DNA of 64,000 bases from the NCBI GenBank assembly GCA_965205505.1, contig CBDBHB010000004.1, positions 18,206 to 82,205 on the forward strand, given 5' to 3'. The position numbers and the translations under genes were made by a program. This document shows, in pieces, positions 62,706-64,000 of the stretch (position 1 is its first letter; each line of letters starts with the position of its first letter). Under the pieces are notes generated by a model. The model saw only the letters and a list, made by a program, of their open reading frames with translations. It was not told the DNA's origin and made no database searches. This DNA is from Acidobacteriota bacterium. Lineage in GTDB: Bacteria > Acidobacteriota > UBA890 > WLXD01.

Positions 62706-62954
62706 ATGCCGACGGGACCGAATGGTGAGAAGCGCCCCGGAAGCGTTATCGCTAACGCAGTCCACGTGATGGAGATCGCCACCGGCCAGCGCGAAGAGGA
62801 GTGTGCCGACGTGAAGCCATCACGTTCAGTGCCAGCACGTCGTGCTGGTGGGCTGAAGGGAGGGAAGGCGCGCGCAGCGTCTCTGTCGAGTAAGCGCAGG
62901 TCCGAGATCGCGCGCAAGGCCGCCGAGGCGCGCTGGGGCAGGAAGCTGGCCTGA
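62706..62954 (+). CDS. Small basic protein (KGG/histone-H1-like, nucleic-acid-binding candidate)
   Basis: 'GP.GEKRP..VI.NAV.V..IATG', 'GGLKGGKARA..LS..RRSEIARKAA.ARW'. RBS GGAG. Confidence 0.75.
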   Translation: MPTGPNGEKRPGSVIANAVHVMEIATGQREEECADVKPSRSVPARRAGGLKGGKARAASLSSKRRSEIARKAAEARWGRKLA

Positions 62955-62983
62955 GAAATCGTGGGGGCCGGGAAGACGGGCAG

Positions 62984-63058
62984 AGCCGCCGGCGGGGATC
63001 GAACCCGCAATCAGGGGTTTCCAGCCCCTAGCCTTACTCCCAATTTGGCCACGGCGGC
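62984..63058 (-). tRNA. tRNA with Ser anticodon GGA on a short-variable-loop, U73 (non-Ser) body
   Basis: GCCGCCG/CGGCGGC; D stem GCC/GGC; AGGGG-CT GGA AA-CCCCT; 4-nt variable loop; GCGGG-TTCGATC-CCCGC; discriminator T; CCA not encoded. Confidence 0.85.
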
Positions 63059-63292
63059 TAAGTTTGTGTGCTCCCGGCCCCTCACGTGTTACGCTAGACG
63101 CAATTAGGGCGTTGTTGATTTGGATCCACTTCGGGCTCCACCCCGAAGCGGATCGCCCCCTAATCCGCTTTCGACGGCCCTTTCACCTTTGGTGATCGGG
63201 CCGCTTCCTTTTGCGAGGATACCAGACCTTAGTATGGTCGTCTAACGTCTGGTTGCCACCAGAAAACACACTGAATTTAAACTGATTTATGC

Positions 63293-63321
63293 TTGACAAC
63301 AGAATGGTATTCATGTACCTT
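63293..63321 (+). promoter_or_regulatory. Sigma70-like promoter of transposase B, probably leaderless
   Basis: TTGACA-17-TACCTT, with the ATG 7 nt downstream and no RBS. Confidence 0.55.
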
Positions 63322-63328
63322 TCTGGGT

Positions 63329-64000
63329 ATGAACAAGCTATCGACCGCGAAGCGAGCAACGATCATCAACCTGCTCGTAGAGGGCTCTTCTTTACGGGCC
63401 ATTAGCCGCATCACCGGGGCCTCGATCAACACGATCTCGAAGCTCCTGGTTGACGCTGGCAACGCTTGCGCGGCGTACCATGACGAGCACGTGCGCGAGC
63501 TGCCCTGCAAGCGTGTGCAGGCCGATGAAATATGGGCGTTCTGCTACGCCAAGCAGAAGAACGTTCCCGAGGGCAAGCGCGGTCATTTTGGCTACGGCGA
63601 CGTATGGACGTACACGGGCATCTGCGCGGACACGAAGCTGATCGCATCTTGGCGCGTGGGGCCGCGCGATGTGGGCACGGCTACCGATTTCATGCAGGAT
63701 CTCGCGGGCCGGCTGAGCAACCGCATCCAGCTAACGACTGACGGGCACAGGATGTACCTGAACGCAGTCGAGGATGCGTTCGCGCATGAGATCGACTACG
63801 CGATGCTCCAGAAGGTCTACGGCCCGGACCCGGAGCCGCAGCGCCGCTACAGCCCCGCCAAGTGCCAAGGAAGCCAGCGGCTGCGAGTGCAGGGGAACCC
63901 TGACGAGGCGCACATCAGCACGTCATACGTCGAGCGACAGAACCTGACCATGCGGATGAGCATGCGGCGCTTCACGCGGCTCACGAATGCATTCTCGAAG
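63329..64000 (+). CDS. IS1-family DDE transposase B (3'-truncated by the window edge)
   Basis: [30 protein letters not shown]...QADEIW...TTDG...[24 protein letters not shown]. Confidence 0.9.
   Translation, partial: MNKLSTAKRATIINLLVEGSSLRAISRITGASINTISKLLVDAGNACAAYHDEHVRELPCKRVQADEIWAFCYAKQKNVPEGKRGHFGYGDVWTYTGICADTKLIASWRVGPRDVGTATDFMQDLAGRLSNRIQLTTDGHRMYLNAVEDAFAHEIDYAMLQKVYGPDPEPQRRYSPAKCQGSQRLRVQGNPDEAHISTSYVERQNLTMRMSMRRFTRLTNAFSK

Larger units (their letters stand above)
61917..64000 (+). mobile_element. IS1-family passenger transposon B (runs off the window)
   Basis: IRL GGTAGTGTCTCAGTTTAA begins 8 bp after element A ends. Related transposase from 63329. Confidence 0.85.

Overview
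This is a high-GC accessory region whose gene content resembles Acidobacteriota/Gemmatimonadota (inferred from the DUF1592-DUF1552-ankyrin cluster, a carboxypeptidase-domain TonB receptor, CRTAC1/FG-GAP and many TPR proteins). It is a decaying mosaic. It holds two IS3-family elements that each sit against a stump of a related IS end, a truncated P4-like integrase, an IS6 remnant, a collapsed AbiE toxin-antitoxin pair, and many genes broken by single stops, 1-bp indels or deletions. Intact modules include a TonB receptor/sulfatase-like/FG-GAP/TPR operon and modABC. The most striking signal is at the right end (59704-64000): two different IS1-family (ISMhu11-like) passenger transposons lie in tandem, separated by an 8-bp target repeat (GCCCRGTC). 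Each carries a non-canonical tRNA gene divergent from its transposase. One is a 9/3 'allo-tRNA' with a long variable arm and an apparent UUA (ochre-reading) anticodon. The other is a short-variable-loop, U73 tRNA with a serine anticodon (GGA). Both tRNAs are enclosed by complementary flanking stems. All family calls come from reading motifs by eye; no database searches were run.
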